The notes beneath the pieces are model-generated. The model saw only the letters and a list, made by a program, of their open reading frames with translations, had not been told where the DNA came from and did no database searches. Below are positions 47,074 through 55,857 of a stretch of DNA of 64,000 nucleotides, piece by piece (position 1 is the stretch's first letter; each line of letters opens with the position of its first letter). The position numbers were made by a program, and so were the translations under genes. Source of the DNA: Candidatus Rifleibacteriota bacterium (GTDB taxonomy: Bacteria; Muiribacteriota; Ozemobacteria; Ozemobacterales; Ozemobacteraceae); the NCBI GenBank assembly GCA_049325495.1, contig JBMOKV010000435.1, positions 12,124-76,123 on the forward strand, written 5' to 3'.

Positions 47074-49238
47074 TTGTATTCAATCTCCAGTCGGATATTT
47101 TCCTGGCCGGATGGAAGTTCTTCAGCTTTTGGTCCGTATTCTTCCAGAAGTTCCTGGTGCTGTTGCTGCTTTTCTTCGATGGTCATGACCTTGAAGAGAT
47201 CGGTTGCCGGGGTGGCGAGATCAGGCGGCTGAAAGTCCCATGGTCTTTCTGCTTTGATGTCGGCGGGGACATCGCTGCTATTGCCAACACTGTATGAAAA
47301 AACCGTCTTTTCTACCGGTGCCTCGGTCTTTTTGCCCTCGGTGTAATCTTTGACCCTGAATTTGAAAACAAATAAAATGCCGCCGATTATTAGAATTGCT
47401 ATGAGAATCAGGCTGAAAAGCTTGCTCTGAAGCAATTCTCCAAAGGTAAGATCCTGGCTTTCATAGCTGATCTTTTTAATCGACCCGAGAATGTCTTCCC
47501 ACTGTTCACCCAGTCCTTCACTGATTGCCGCGCCCGAATCGGGTTTGCCTTTTTCACCAAGCTCGGTTTTGATTTTTTCGGCAAGTTGATTCAACAGATT
47601 GCGCCGTTCGGTCGGCAGTTTTTCGCTTATTTGTCTGAGCTTGTGAATTGTTAAAGTGTCGGGGTTCAAAACGAGAATCGAACCGTAAAATTTTATCGTT
47701 TCCGAATTACTGCTGGTTTTGAACAGGCCAAGAATCATGTCTCTGGCTTTGAGGAATTCAATCTGCATCAGCCCTTTATAAGCGGCATGACGAATTTCAG
47801 GTCGCCCATCTTTTATCCAGGTTTTAAGCTTGTCCATGAACTTATCAGGAAATTCTTTGTTGAAAATGCTTACGGCCGAATCGGCAATTTTCTGGTGCTC
47901 AGAAAAAGCCAGCAGAGGCAGGTGTGGCAGCAGTCGGTTTTTGTTTACCCTCGCAAGAGCATCGATACACGCTACAACCACCGTCGAAGACTGTTTATCT
48001 ACCAGACCCTCAAGCCAGTTGGAGGCTTCCGGCGACTTCAACTGCTTTTCTGAAATCAGCCTTATTGCCGAGAGCTTTTCTTCGTCAGTAGAAAGTTTTG
48101 CCAGCAGTTCAAAAAAGTTCTTTTCATCTGAACTGGAGAAGGTTTTTGCCGTAAGAAACTTTTCGAGCTCTTTATTGGTCGTTTTTTCTGGAGAAATGGC
48201 CGGAGTTGTTTCTTCTTCAGTTAACTTGTGGGATGAATGATCCTGGATGAATTTTCGGGCTTCTTCAAGAGCAAGTCGCTTAAGTTCTTCTTCAGGCTTA
48301 TCAGTTAACTTGCTGATCAGCAGTGATTTGGCCGCAGTTTCCCAATAGGTTTTCAATCGGGCAATTCTTCTTCCATGCAGCAGGTAAGAAATGCTGATTC
48401 TTCTGAAAAAATTGAAATCAGGGTTGTTGTAAATAAGATACGAAATTACCAGATCGATGTTCTGCGGCAGATCAGCCCCTTCAATCAGGCGCAGCACGAT
48501 GTCGCCCGTATCGCTGAACGGCAGAAGAAAGAGAAAGGAAAAGGCCGACCTGCGATTTGTCACGTCTGCCGAAAACATCAGTTCATTGAGCAGTCTTATC
48601 GCTTCTGCGGGGGCAAGAAGATGAAGTGCTTTGATTGCCAGGAGTCTTATCTGAAGATTCTCGTGAACCAGAAGTCGAGGCAGGTGCTTGATCAAAAGAG
48701 TCGGTTTGAGCCGGGTTAAAATTGATATGGCTCTGATCAGAAGTAGTGTGTGGTTGGTCGCCAGAAGTTTTTCGATCCAGGGAAGTACCTGGTCTTTTGC
48801 CAGAACCCTGCGGCTGAGCGAAAGAATCGGCATTATCTGCCCGGCATTCTTAACTCTTGAAAAAATGGAGCAGATAACCTGAACCTGCTCATCTACACCC
48901 ATTTTCTTCAATTGTCTGCTGAGTCTTTGCAGCTGAACCGCATCAGAGATGCACCACTGTTCGATTATCTGATCTGCAGACACCGTCGTTGCCGGTTCTT
49001 TGTCTGCCTCAGGAGCTTCGATAAGTTTTAATACTTCGTCAAGGTCAGCTTTGCAGCCGGTATTGTCTTCTATTTCAAATCTTTTTTTGAGCCCATCGAT
49101 AACCGTTGGGTTGTCGGTAAAATTTTGCAGCTGCGAAATGGCGTATTGCCGTGAGAAGGGGTCGGTGGAATTCAGCTCTTCGAGCAGCAGCTTGATCTGA
49201 AAATCCTGAAGTGAGGTTGATTCTATTGCATTGCTCAT
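47070..49238 (-). CDS. HEAT/ARM-repeat-like protein with a C-terminal TM helix and short extracytoplasmic tail
   Basis: 722 aa. Repetitive helical N-terminal roughly 590 aa. TM helix LFSLILIAILIIGGILFVF. 4-bp overlaps with both neighbouring genes. Confidence 0.55.
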   Translation of the reverse strand: MSNAIESTSLQDFQIKLLLEELNSTDPFSRQYAISQLQNFTDNPTVIDGLKKRFEIEDNTGCKADLDEVLKLIEAPEADKEPATTVSADQIIEQWCISDAVQLQRLSRQLKKMGVDEQVQVICSIFSRVKNAGQIMPILSLSRRVLAKDQVLPWIEKLLATNHTLLLIRAISILTRLKPTLLIKHLPRLLVHENLQIRLLAIKALHLLAPAEAIRLLNELMFSADVTNRRSAFSFLFLLPFSDTGDIVLRLIEGADLPQNIDLVISYLIYNNPDFNFFRRISISYLLHGRRIARLKTYWETAAKSLLISKLTDKPEEELKRLALEEARKFIQDHSSHKLTEEETTPAISPEKTTNKELEKFLTAKTFSSSDEKNFFELLAKLSTDEEKLSAIRLISEKQLKSPEASNWLEGLVDKQSSTVVVACIDALARVNKNRLLPHLPLLAFSEHQKIADSAVSIFNKEFPDKFMDKLKTWIKDGRPEIRHAAYKGLMQIEFLKARDMILGLFKTSSNSETIKFYGSILVLNPDTLTIHKLRQISEKLPTERRNLLNQLAEKIKTELGEKGKPDSGAAISEGLGEQWEDILGSIKKISYESQDLTFGELLQSKLFSLILIAILIIGGILFVFKFRVKDYTEGKKTEAPVEKTVFSYSVGNSSDVPADIKAERPWDFQPPDLATPATDLFKVMTIEEKQQQHQELLEEYGPKAEELPSGQENIRLEIEYK

Positions 49239-51427
49239 TTTAACACCCGATTATCATAATCAGTGCTGACCGAGAAAATCGTGCGAATTTTTCCGATGGT
49301 GGCCCATTTCTGGTAAACGGGAGAAAAAAGAAAGGGGTCATGGATAATTTTCAGGCTTTTTCCAGCGGGAATGCCGTAGCTGCCGTCATTTAGAAACAGA
49401 TAATCGACCGCCAGATTCCCGAAAATTTCAACTTCGTGGTTTTTGGCAACCAGTTTGCCGCGGTTGCTCAGTGCGCTTCGACTTCTTTTCACATCTGAAA
49501 AGTAAGTTAAGGCGATCAAAGAAGCGGAAATTTTGACTGCAGGCTTGGGGCTTTTGATTATGAAACTGCCATCCTGAGCAAAAAGCTTCAAAATATCGGA
49601 GGGTTTGGATTTCGCCAGGTCGCCGAGAAGAATGTCCCCACGAAAGCCAAGCCATATCATGCCCTGCCCGGAAAAGGAAGAAAATTTGCTCAGGTCGAGA
49701 TCTCCCTTTTCAATGAACATCAGACCATCCACATCCAGTCTTTTATCACCGTTGGCAAGGGTAATTGTGCGGTCTTTCAAAAACTCCTCTGGATTCGGGT
49801 ACCTGTATGAAACGCTGTCATTGTTTACATAGGGGTAGTAATCATCGGGTTTGTTTACCCCGTCGGGAGTCAGCTTTATGTCGCCGAAAAACATTGAATT
49901 TACCGGAACTTCCTCAACTTCGCGGCTCATAAGATTGTACTCAATTCCGTGAACTTTGACTTCTTTGTTGAGAAAATTCTGGGCCTGGCTTCCCGGGTTC
50001 TGGAAATGCAGGGGGATTGAAGGCATGCCGAAATCTTTCGATTGCCCGCCAAGTGTGATTGTTGCCGTAAACTCATCAAAAAATGCAAGCTTGAAAAAAC
50101 GAAAGAATACGTTGCCTTCCAGGATTACCGGCACATTACGATCAGGGCCGAAAAACTGGGCCATTTTGCCGGCTACCATTTTGTCGGGATGAAAAGTCTC
50201 CATGAATTTTAAATATTCACTTAAACCGGTAAATTGCAGAGTTCTGGCAAATTCTGACCAGTTGTTACCACTCCAGAGGCTAATGGCATCAGTGTAGGCA
50301 TACAGGTATTTCCACTTTTCAACGCTGGTTGCAACAACCATTTTAAATACCTCAGAATCGGCATAGCGCCCGCCGCAACGTTTCCAGTCATCCAGAATCA
50401 GTCCAGGAACCGAATATTCCTCAGCTTTTGTTTTCTGAGAAGTTTCGACGAAAGTCTTGTAGTAGCCATCCTGCAGAACTTTTACTGAGTAAAAATCACT
50501 GTCGCTGAAGCCCGCTCTGTCAAATATTGGTTTGAATTGCATAGGCATTGGCACTGACCAGAAAACATTGCCTTTGCTGGCATCTCTGGCCTTGCTGTTG
50601 TCGGAAGGAACCTCGATTGCGCCGAGTGGAATTTTTTCGAGCTTATTGTTCAATACAAGAGGAACCAGCTCTTTATCGTCTTTCATGTTGATATCGAGAT
50701 GTATCGCCGGAGGCTCATTGAATCTTGCAAAAGCCGGATATCTGGGAGCATACCGTGAACCGAGGAAAATGCTTGAACACACCTTGGGTCGCAGGCCTTC
50801 GATGATCAGTTGCCTGCTGATGCTGTTATAGTCGAAAGAGTAGTCCTTAACAAAAAGCACATAACGGTCTAGCATGTCCCGGGTGTCGATTATTTTGAAA
50901 TCACGGCGTTCTTTTATTTCAACGATGTCTTTTCGGTTGCTGGTCGAATATGCCTGAGTGATGACCTCGATGTGTCCTGAAAAGGCAGCGGGTGATGATC
51001 TTAAGGAACTGGTAAAATACAGTCGGCACTGGCCTTTGACTTTTGCCTGGCCACCGGTGATTTCACCGGCAAGCTGGTTGGCAAACGGCAGATCGGTTTC
51101 GTTAAAGATCCTTTCATTGCTGAAAGTTTTCTTTGGTGGTACTTCTGCCGGGTTTTGCGAAAAAACATCGTTGATCAGGTTGTAGAAACTGTTCTGGGCG
51201 GCCTTGCTGCCGGGATTGTTGCTTTCTTTTCTGGCAATTGACCATATTTCCCCCGCCGCGCTCTGGGCTATAACCGTTAATCGGCTTTGCTGGGTAGTTT
51301 TCGACAACAGATTGACTGCTCCGGATCTATATCTTGAAAGGGAAAAGGAAATGATACCCCACATCGTCAGCAGTGTCAGAACCAGATATAGAATGTAACC
51401 GGACTTTTTCGCTTTTAAATCAAACAT
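49235..51427 (-). CDS. large membrane-anchored protein (N-terminal pseudopilin-like hydrophobic segment lacking Glu+5, GspK-like?)
   Basis: 730 aa. N-terminal KKSG-YILYLVLTLLTMWGI. The remainder has no recognisable motif. Confidence 0.5.
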   Translation of the reverse strand: MFDLKAKKSGYILYLVLTLLTMWGIISFSLSRYRSGAVNLLSKTTQQSRLTVIAQSAAGEIWSIARKESNNPGSKAAQNSFYNLINDVFSQNPAEVPPKKTFSNERIFNETDLPFANQLAGEITGGQAKVKGQCRLYFTSSLRSSPAAFSGHIEVITQAYSTSNRKDIVEIKERRDFKIIDTRDMLDRYVLFVKDYSFDYNSISRQLIIEGLRPKVCSSIFLGSRYAPRYPAFARFNEPPAIHLDINMKDDKELVPLVLNNKLEKIPLGAIEVPSDNSKARDASKGNVFWSVPMPMQFKPIFDRAGFSDSDFYSVKVLQDGYYKTFVETSQKTKAEEYSVPGLILDDWKRCGGRYADSEVFKMVVATSVEKWKYLYAYTDAISLWSGNNWSEFARTLQFTGLSEYLKFMETFHPDKMVAGKMAQFFGPDRNVPVILEGNVFFRFFKLAFFDEFTATITLGGQSKDFGMPSIPLHFQNPGSQAQNFLNKEVKVHGIEYNLMSREVEEVPVNSMFFGDIKLTPDGVNKPDDYYPYVNNDSVSYRYPNPEEFLKDRTITLANGDKRLDVDGLMFIEKGDLDLSKFSSFSGQGMIWLGFRGDILLGDLAKSKPSDILKLFAQDGSFIIKSPKPAVKISASLIALTYFSDVKRSRSALSNRGKLVAKNHEVEIFGNLAVDYLFLNDGSYGIPAGKSLKIIHDPFLFSPVYQKWATIGKIRTIFSVSTDYDNRVLK

Positions 51428-51439
51428 TACCGCTTTTTT

Positions 51440-51820
51440 TCAAGAATTTATAAGAGTAAGAGCTGCGTCAACATTTTCACATTCTTTCACGTATTTGAGA
51501 ACACCAACCCCCGACATTCCAAGCCTGCAGCTTGATGGAATGGCACAGAAATAAAATTTTATCCTGTCGTTTCCCATACTTTCTGAAATCATTTCAACCA
51601 TCACGCCAAGTGCGGTTGAATTGATCAGGGTCATTTTGTCAAAATTGAAAACGAAATTGCAGAAATCTTCATCGAGTTTCTCGAAAAATTTTTCAAGAAC
51701 TCCTTCCATTAACTTAATTTCTGCATAACCACTAACATCTGCAAAAAAAATCCCATTTTCAAATTTGTATTCTACATTACCGGACATGTGAAAACCCCAT
51801 TTATTTAATTCCCAGCTCAC
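51440..51820 (-). CDS. STAS-domain anti-sigma-factor antagonist (SpoIIAA/RsbV-like)
   Basis: FNFDKMTLINSTALGVMVEM matches the SpoIIAA phospho-Ser loop. CAIPSSCRLGMSGVGVLK matches the CAISPAVKRLFDMSGL block. The start is probably the internal Met 11 codons downstream of the first ATG. Confidence 0.75.
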   Translation of the reverse strand: MSWELNKWGFHMSGNVEYKFENGIFFADVSGYAEIKLMEGVLEKFFEKLDEDFCNFVFNFDKMTLINSTALGVMVEMISESMGNDRIKFYFCAIPSSCRLGMSGVGVLKYVKECENVDAALTLINS

Positions 51821-51911
51821 GCTGATCGAGAACTTCGTCCCATTTGTATTCTTTCGAGAGCTTCAGGGCTTTGTAAAAGCCACGGAATTTTTTATATTCA
51901 TCTTTATTCGG

Positions 51912-53099
51912 CTAGACCAGGCTGATGGTGCCATTGCGGGTCAGGCGGGCATTGATTACCGCATCGTAAAGCTCTTTGCCCATCTGCTTGATTACTGCAG
52001 CATTAGTTGCACCGTTCAGTTTCGAGTCTTCGCGGGCGAAGGCATTGGCAACTTTTAGCAGATCCCAGTATCGGTCTTTTCCGCCGAAAGAGCTGACAGA
52101 ACCAAGTCCGAACGATTTGCCGGTTTCGTTCATCGCGTTGAGAAGCTGCATTGCCAGATTGTTGAGGGCAAAAGCAATCTGCTGAGAATCGCTCAGGCGC
52201 CAGGCACCAATGCGGCTGTCGTTGAGATCTTCAGCCATTTTTTTCGCAAATTCTTCGGGGCTGACCATGCCGTTGCGTGACAGCATGCGGCTCATCGCTT
52301 CGTAAGCAAACCCGTTGATTGGAGTGGTTTCAGGGCTGCCAACCATATAAGTGCAGGCGTCTTTCAGTTCAAACAGAACTTCGATTGAGCCGGGCATGCA
52401 GGCATCGAAGCCGACCAGGTCGATTTTCTGATTATTGCGAACATTGAAGGTTTCAAGTACTTTAGCTACCTCAAAAACCGTCAGAGCATCATTGTCGGTG
52501 GTGTCATAAGCAACGAAACGGCCGCTGTTACTGACTGCATTTTGAAAGGTGCTGCTGTGTGAGCCGAGAACCCGGTTCAAAATTTTATTGCGGCGAGTTT
52601 CAGCGGCACGGTCCGGGTTGAAAATTACTTCACCGGGATTACTGCTGCTGGTTGAGCCGGTTCCTGACCAGGTGAAAACGCCACTGCCATGACTGTTGAT
52701 TATCAGCGCATAATGATTGGCCGGATGTTTCTGACGGGCCCATTCAAGGCATTCCCATAGAGTGTGCGGGTCGCCCATGTTTTTTTCACCAAGAGCACCT
52801 TCGTCGACAATTTTGTCTTTTTCGATGCGCAGGCGGCTTGCGCCTTTGTAATTCAGTTTCTGCTCATCTGAAGAACCGTCTGCCATGCCATCCATCTGCA
52901 CGATGATTTCAGCATTGGGGCCGGCTCCGTAATATTTCATCCGCGAAAGATTTTTAAAATTCGCCTGTTCGAGCGCGTCGCCAGATTTTCCATCGTTGAC
53001 CATATAAATGATTACGGTCCATTCGTTTTTGGCAAGAAGATCGGCCGGTGCCGCAAAAACAATGAGAAGAACCAGAACTGACAGAATCGCCTTTTTCAT
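51912..53099 (-). CDS. secreted clan-CD cysteine peptidase (clostripain-like C11 family)
   Basis: Signal peptide. His-Gly (LIINSHGSG) and Asp-Ala-Cys (LVGFDACMPG) catalytic dyad motifs. Confidence 0.55.
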   Translation of the reverse strand: MKKAILSVLVLLIVFAAPADLLAKNEWTVIIYMVNDGKSGDALEQANFKNLSRMKYYGAGPNAEIIVQMDGMADGSSDEQKLNYKGASRLRIEKDKIVDEGALGEKNMGDPHTLWECLEWARQKHPANHYALIINSHGSGVFTWSGTGSTSSSNPGEVIFNPDRAAETRRNKILNRVLGSHSSTFQNAVSNSGRFVAYDTTDNDALTVFEVAKVLETFNVRNNQKIDLVGFDACMPGSIEVLFELKDACTYMVGSPETTPINGFAYEAMSRMLSRNGMVSPEEFAKKMAEDLNDSRIGAWRLSDSQQIAFALNNLAMQLLNAMNETGKSFGLGSVSSFGGKDRYWDLLKVANAFAREDSKLNGATNAAVIKQMGKELYDAVINARLTRNGTISLV

Positions 53100-53196
53100 A
53101 TTACTTCCTTGGCAATGAAGATAAAAAATTATACCACAGTAATTTTCAGCTTATAGCATTTCAATGTACAATATGCCCGTCATGAACGGTCAAAGA

Positions 53197-55218
53197 TCAT
53201 TTCAACCAGGTTTTCCACCAGTCGAGTATCTGACCAAGCCGGTGAATTCTTAAATCAGCAGGCCCGGAACGACTCATGCCGTGACTGGTATTGCGTGGGT
53301 AACGCACCAGCCGGGTCGGAATTCCCCTGATCTTTAACAGAGTAAATACCTGTTCGGCCTGTTCTACATTGCAGCGCAGATCGCCTTCACTGTGAATAAC
53401 CAGCGTGGGCGTCTTTACATTGCCGAAGTATTTAAGCGGCGACTGTCGCCAGAAATCTTCAATGCGGTCCCACCAGTTGCCGGGCCAGTAGGTGTCTGGC
53501 ATGGTTACGAAGTCGCTGCTGCCCATCATGCTCAACATGTTGAAAACACAGCGGTCGGTAATTGCGCCGGCGAATTCATCGGTGTGCCCGATGATCCAGT
53601 TGGTCATATAACCGCCGTAGCTGCCTCCCATTACACCCATTTTTGCACTGTCGACAAATTTCTGCTTTCTGATATGGGAAATAACCGCCTGCATGTCGAT
53701 CCAGTCCTTGTCACCCCAGTTGCCGGCGATGGCATCGCAGTGCTTTTCGCCGTAACCTTTGCTGCCGCGTGGGTTGCTGAAATAAACAACGTACCCATTT
53801 GCGGCCAGCAGCTGAAATTCATGAAAGAAAGTGTTGCCATAAAGGGCGTGGGGTCCACCATGTATTTCGAGAACCGCGGGATACTTCTTGCCCGGCTTGA
53901 AACCGATGGGTTTCATTTCCCAGAGCTGAACGAGATTGCCGTCGGCCGTTTTAACCCAGACCGGCTCAGGTTTTGCCAGATTCAAATGGCTGAGAAATTC
54001 ATCGTTGAAGAGGGTGAGTCTTTTCAGGGACAGCTTCGCACCTTTCAGGCTGCCGAAATACAAATCACCAGGATTAAGTGGGTCGCCGGACACCAGTGTC
54101 ATATCGCCCTTCTGGCTCAGGTTGCCGAGAGAGAAAGTGCCGGTACCTGAAGTGAGAAACTCGAATTTCCCCCCGGTGGCCGCAATTCTCGATATATGCC
54201 GGTCACCATGCCAGCCAAAATTGCAGTAAATATGACGGGAATCCTGACTCCAAAGCAGGAAAGTGCCGAAAACTGCTTCGGCGGTGTCTCCGATGATTGT
54301 TGCGCCAAGACAGAAGTCTTCTTTTTCAGTCAAGCATTTATATGAATTTTTCTTGAGATCGTAAATGAACAGCAGGTCATTTTTCGATGACCAGACCGCG
54401 ACTTTGCCGATTCTGCCGGTAAACGCGATGCTTTTTCCGTCTGGTGACCAGGCGAGGTTACTCAAACCACAGTCTTTGCGCCCGGTAAGCGGCTTGTGGC
54501 GGCCAGTGCCAGCATCCACCAGATATATCCAGGCCCGGGTAGGGTTGAGCATCGGCTCCTTTTCAAGATTGGCGATTATGGCAAGCTGCCTGCTGTCGGG
54601 TGACCATGAATAGGCACCTGGACCATCCGGTGCTTTGTCGAAAAGAATTCTGTGATTTCCCTGGCTGGCATCTAGCAGATAAAGATGAAAGCGTTGCCGG
54701 TTGAAATAGCCGTCGCCATCAAGGCGGTACCAGATCTGGTCGATTACCATCGGTGGTGTGCTCAGGCCCTTTTCTTCGCGCTGTTTTTGTGCAGCCTTGG
54801 TCAAATCTTCTTCGGTCGGTCTGAAGCGGAAGGCGATGCTTTTGCCATCCGGTGACCATTTGAAATCGGCAATTGCGCCTTCGGGAAGCTTTGACAGGGC
54901 ACGCGCCTCACCACCATCAACGTCGATAATCCAGAATTGTGAAAGACCTTCTTTGTCCGTTCTGACAAAAATTATCCGGCTTCCATCGGGTGACCAGCGT
55001 GCCGAGCGGTCACATTCACCGGAAGTAAACTGCATCAGTTTTCCTGTTTTAACGCAGGCCATCCAGAGAGAGCGGCAGACTTTGTTTTTGTCGTTGGTAA
55101 AAGATCTTGAAAAAACAATTCTGCTGCCATCGGGTGAAATTTGCGGATCACCGACGCCGATGAAGCTTTTCAAGTCTTCAATTGAAATGTTGCGGGTTTT
55201 TGCCAGTTTTTTCGGCAT
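53197..55218 (-). CDS. S9-family serine peptidase with N-terminal TolB-like beta-propeller (acylaminoacyl/prolyl peptidase-like)
   Basis: Repeated SPDGxxIAF propeller blades. Catalytic GGSYGGYM serine. C-terminal His region. Confidence 0.85.
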   Translation of the reverse strand: MPKKLAKTRNISIEDLKSFIGVGDPQISPDGSRIVFSRSFTNDKNKVCRSLWMACVKTGKLMQFTSGECDRSARWSPDGSRIIFVRTDKEGLSQFWIIDVDGGEARALSKLPEGAIADFKWSPDGKSIAFRFRPTEEDLTKAAQKQREEKGLSTPPMVIDQIWYRLDGDGYFNRQRFHLYLLDASQGNHRILFDKAPDGPGAYSWSPDSRQLAIIANLEKEPMLNPTRAWIYLVDAGTGRHKPLTGRKDCGLSNLAWSPDGKSIAFTGRIGKVAVWSSKNDLLFIYDLKKNSYKCLTEKEDFCLGATIIGDTAEAVFGTFLLWSQDSRHIYCNFGWHGDRHISRIAATGGKFEFLTSGTGTFSLGNLSQKGDMTLVSGDPLNPGDLYFGSLKGAKLSLKRLTLFNDEFLSHLNLAKPEPVWVKTADGNLVQLWEMKPIGFKPGKKYPAVLEIHGGPHALYGNTFFHEFQLLAANGYVVYFSNPRGSKGYGEKHCDAIAGNWGDKDWIDMQAVISHIRKQKFVDSAKMGVMGGSYGGYMTNWIIGHTDEFAGAITDRCVFNMLSMMGSSDFVTMPDTYWPGNWWDRIEDFWRQSPLKYFGNVKTPTLVIHSEGDLRCNVEQAEQVFTLLKIRGIPTRLVRYPRNTSHGMSRSGPADLRIHRLGQILDWWKTWLK

Positions 55219-55643
55219 CAGTTCTTACCTTTCTCTTTTTCAATATGTAATTTAATCACCTGATACATCGGGGCAAAAAACGGTTCGCTGTTGATCTCCG
55301 GATCTATTCTCTTCCAAACAGAATTGATAGGAAAAACGATGCTGCCGCTCGCTTCATCGAGTAACGCCGGCTCGCTTCCCATTTCATCATCAATCATTTT
55401 CCAGCTGAAAGAAAAATCCTGTCTGATCAGCTCGCCCAGCAGCGTTCCCAGGCCGTTGGCTATCTGTTCGCCGGAAAAATTGCCGGGGTTGCCGCACCAG
55501 GCCTTGAAAGCCTCGTCAAGTCGGGTTGCTGTCATTTTGCCGGTAAAACTGCAGAAATGTTTTACGATGGCCTGACCAGTCTGCAGGTCGGCAGCCAGCT
55601 TTTCATTCTGGCTGTTGCTCAGAGAATTGATCTGATGGCTCAT
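55218..55643 (-). CDS. hypothetical protein
   Basis: 141-aa ORF. Its stop overlaps the peptidase start by 1 bp. Confidence 0.45.
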   Translation of the reverse strand: MSHQINSLSNSQNEKLAADLQTGQAIVKHFCSFTGKMTATRLDEAFKAWCGNPGNFSGEQIANGLGTLLGELIRQDFSFSWKMIDDEMGSEPALLDEASGSIVFPINSVWKRIDPEINSEPFFAPMYQVIKLHIEKEKGKN

Positions 55644-55857
55644 TTTTACTAATCTCTTTTCTTAGACAATGTTATATGTTAAAGATTATAGCAGAACGAG
55701 AAAAAAAGCACATGCAAAAGTCAGATATTGTTGCTGCTTGGCAGCACGATGAAGGCTCTGTTGAATCAAGGAAATGGTGCCGGACTTGAAAATTTTCTTG
55801 ACACGGTGCAGCAAAAAAGATAGGCTTTTTTGCAAAAGGAATGAAGGGAGATACTTT

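Noticed and set aside
38109-53099. RsbW/SpoIIAB-like anti-sigma kinase within the partner-switching array
   Set aside because: All ORFs of 120-200 aa in and around the array were examined. None carries HATPase_c N/G1/G2 box motifs, so no kinase is annotated.
53392-54150. 252-aa plus-strand ORF
   Set aside because: Antisense to the S9 peptidase gene, which has clear propeller repeats and a GxSxG motif. Artefact.
55811-55833. Terminator-like hairpin GCAAAAAAG-ATAGG-CTTTTTTGC in the ackA leader
   Set aside because: It lies in a divergent promoter region about 25 nt upstream of the ackA RBS, with no upstream gene on the same strand to terminate. It may be a leader structure. The evidence is too weak to call a feature.
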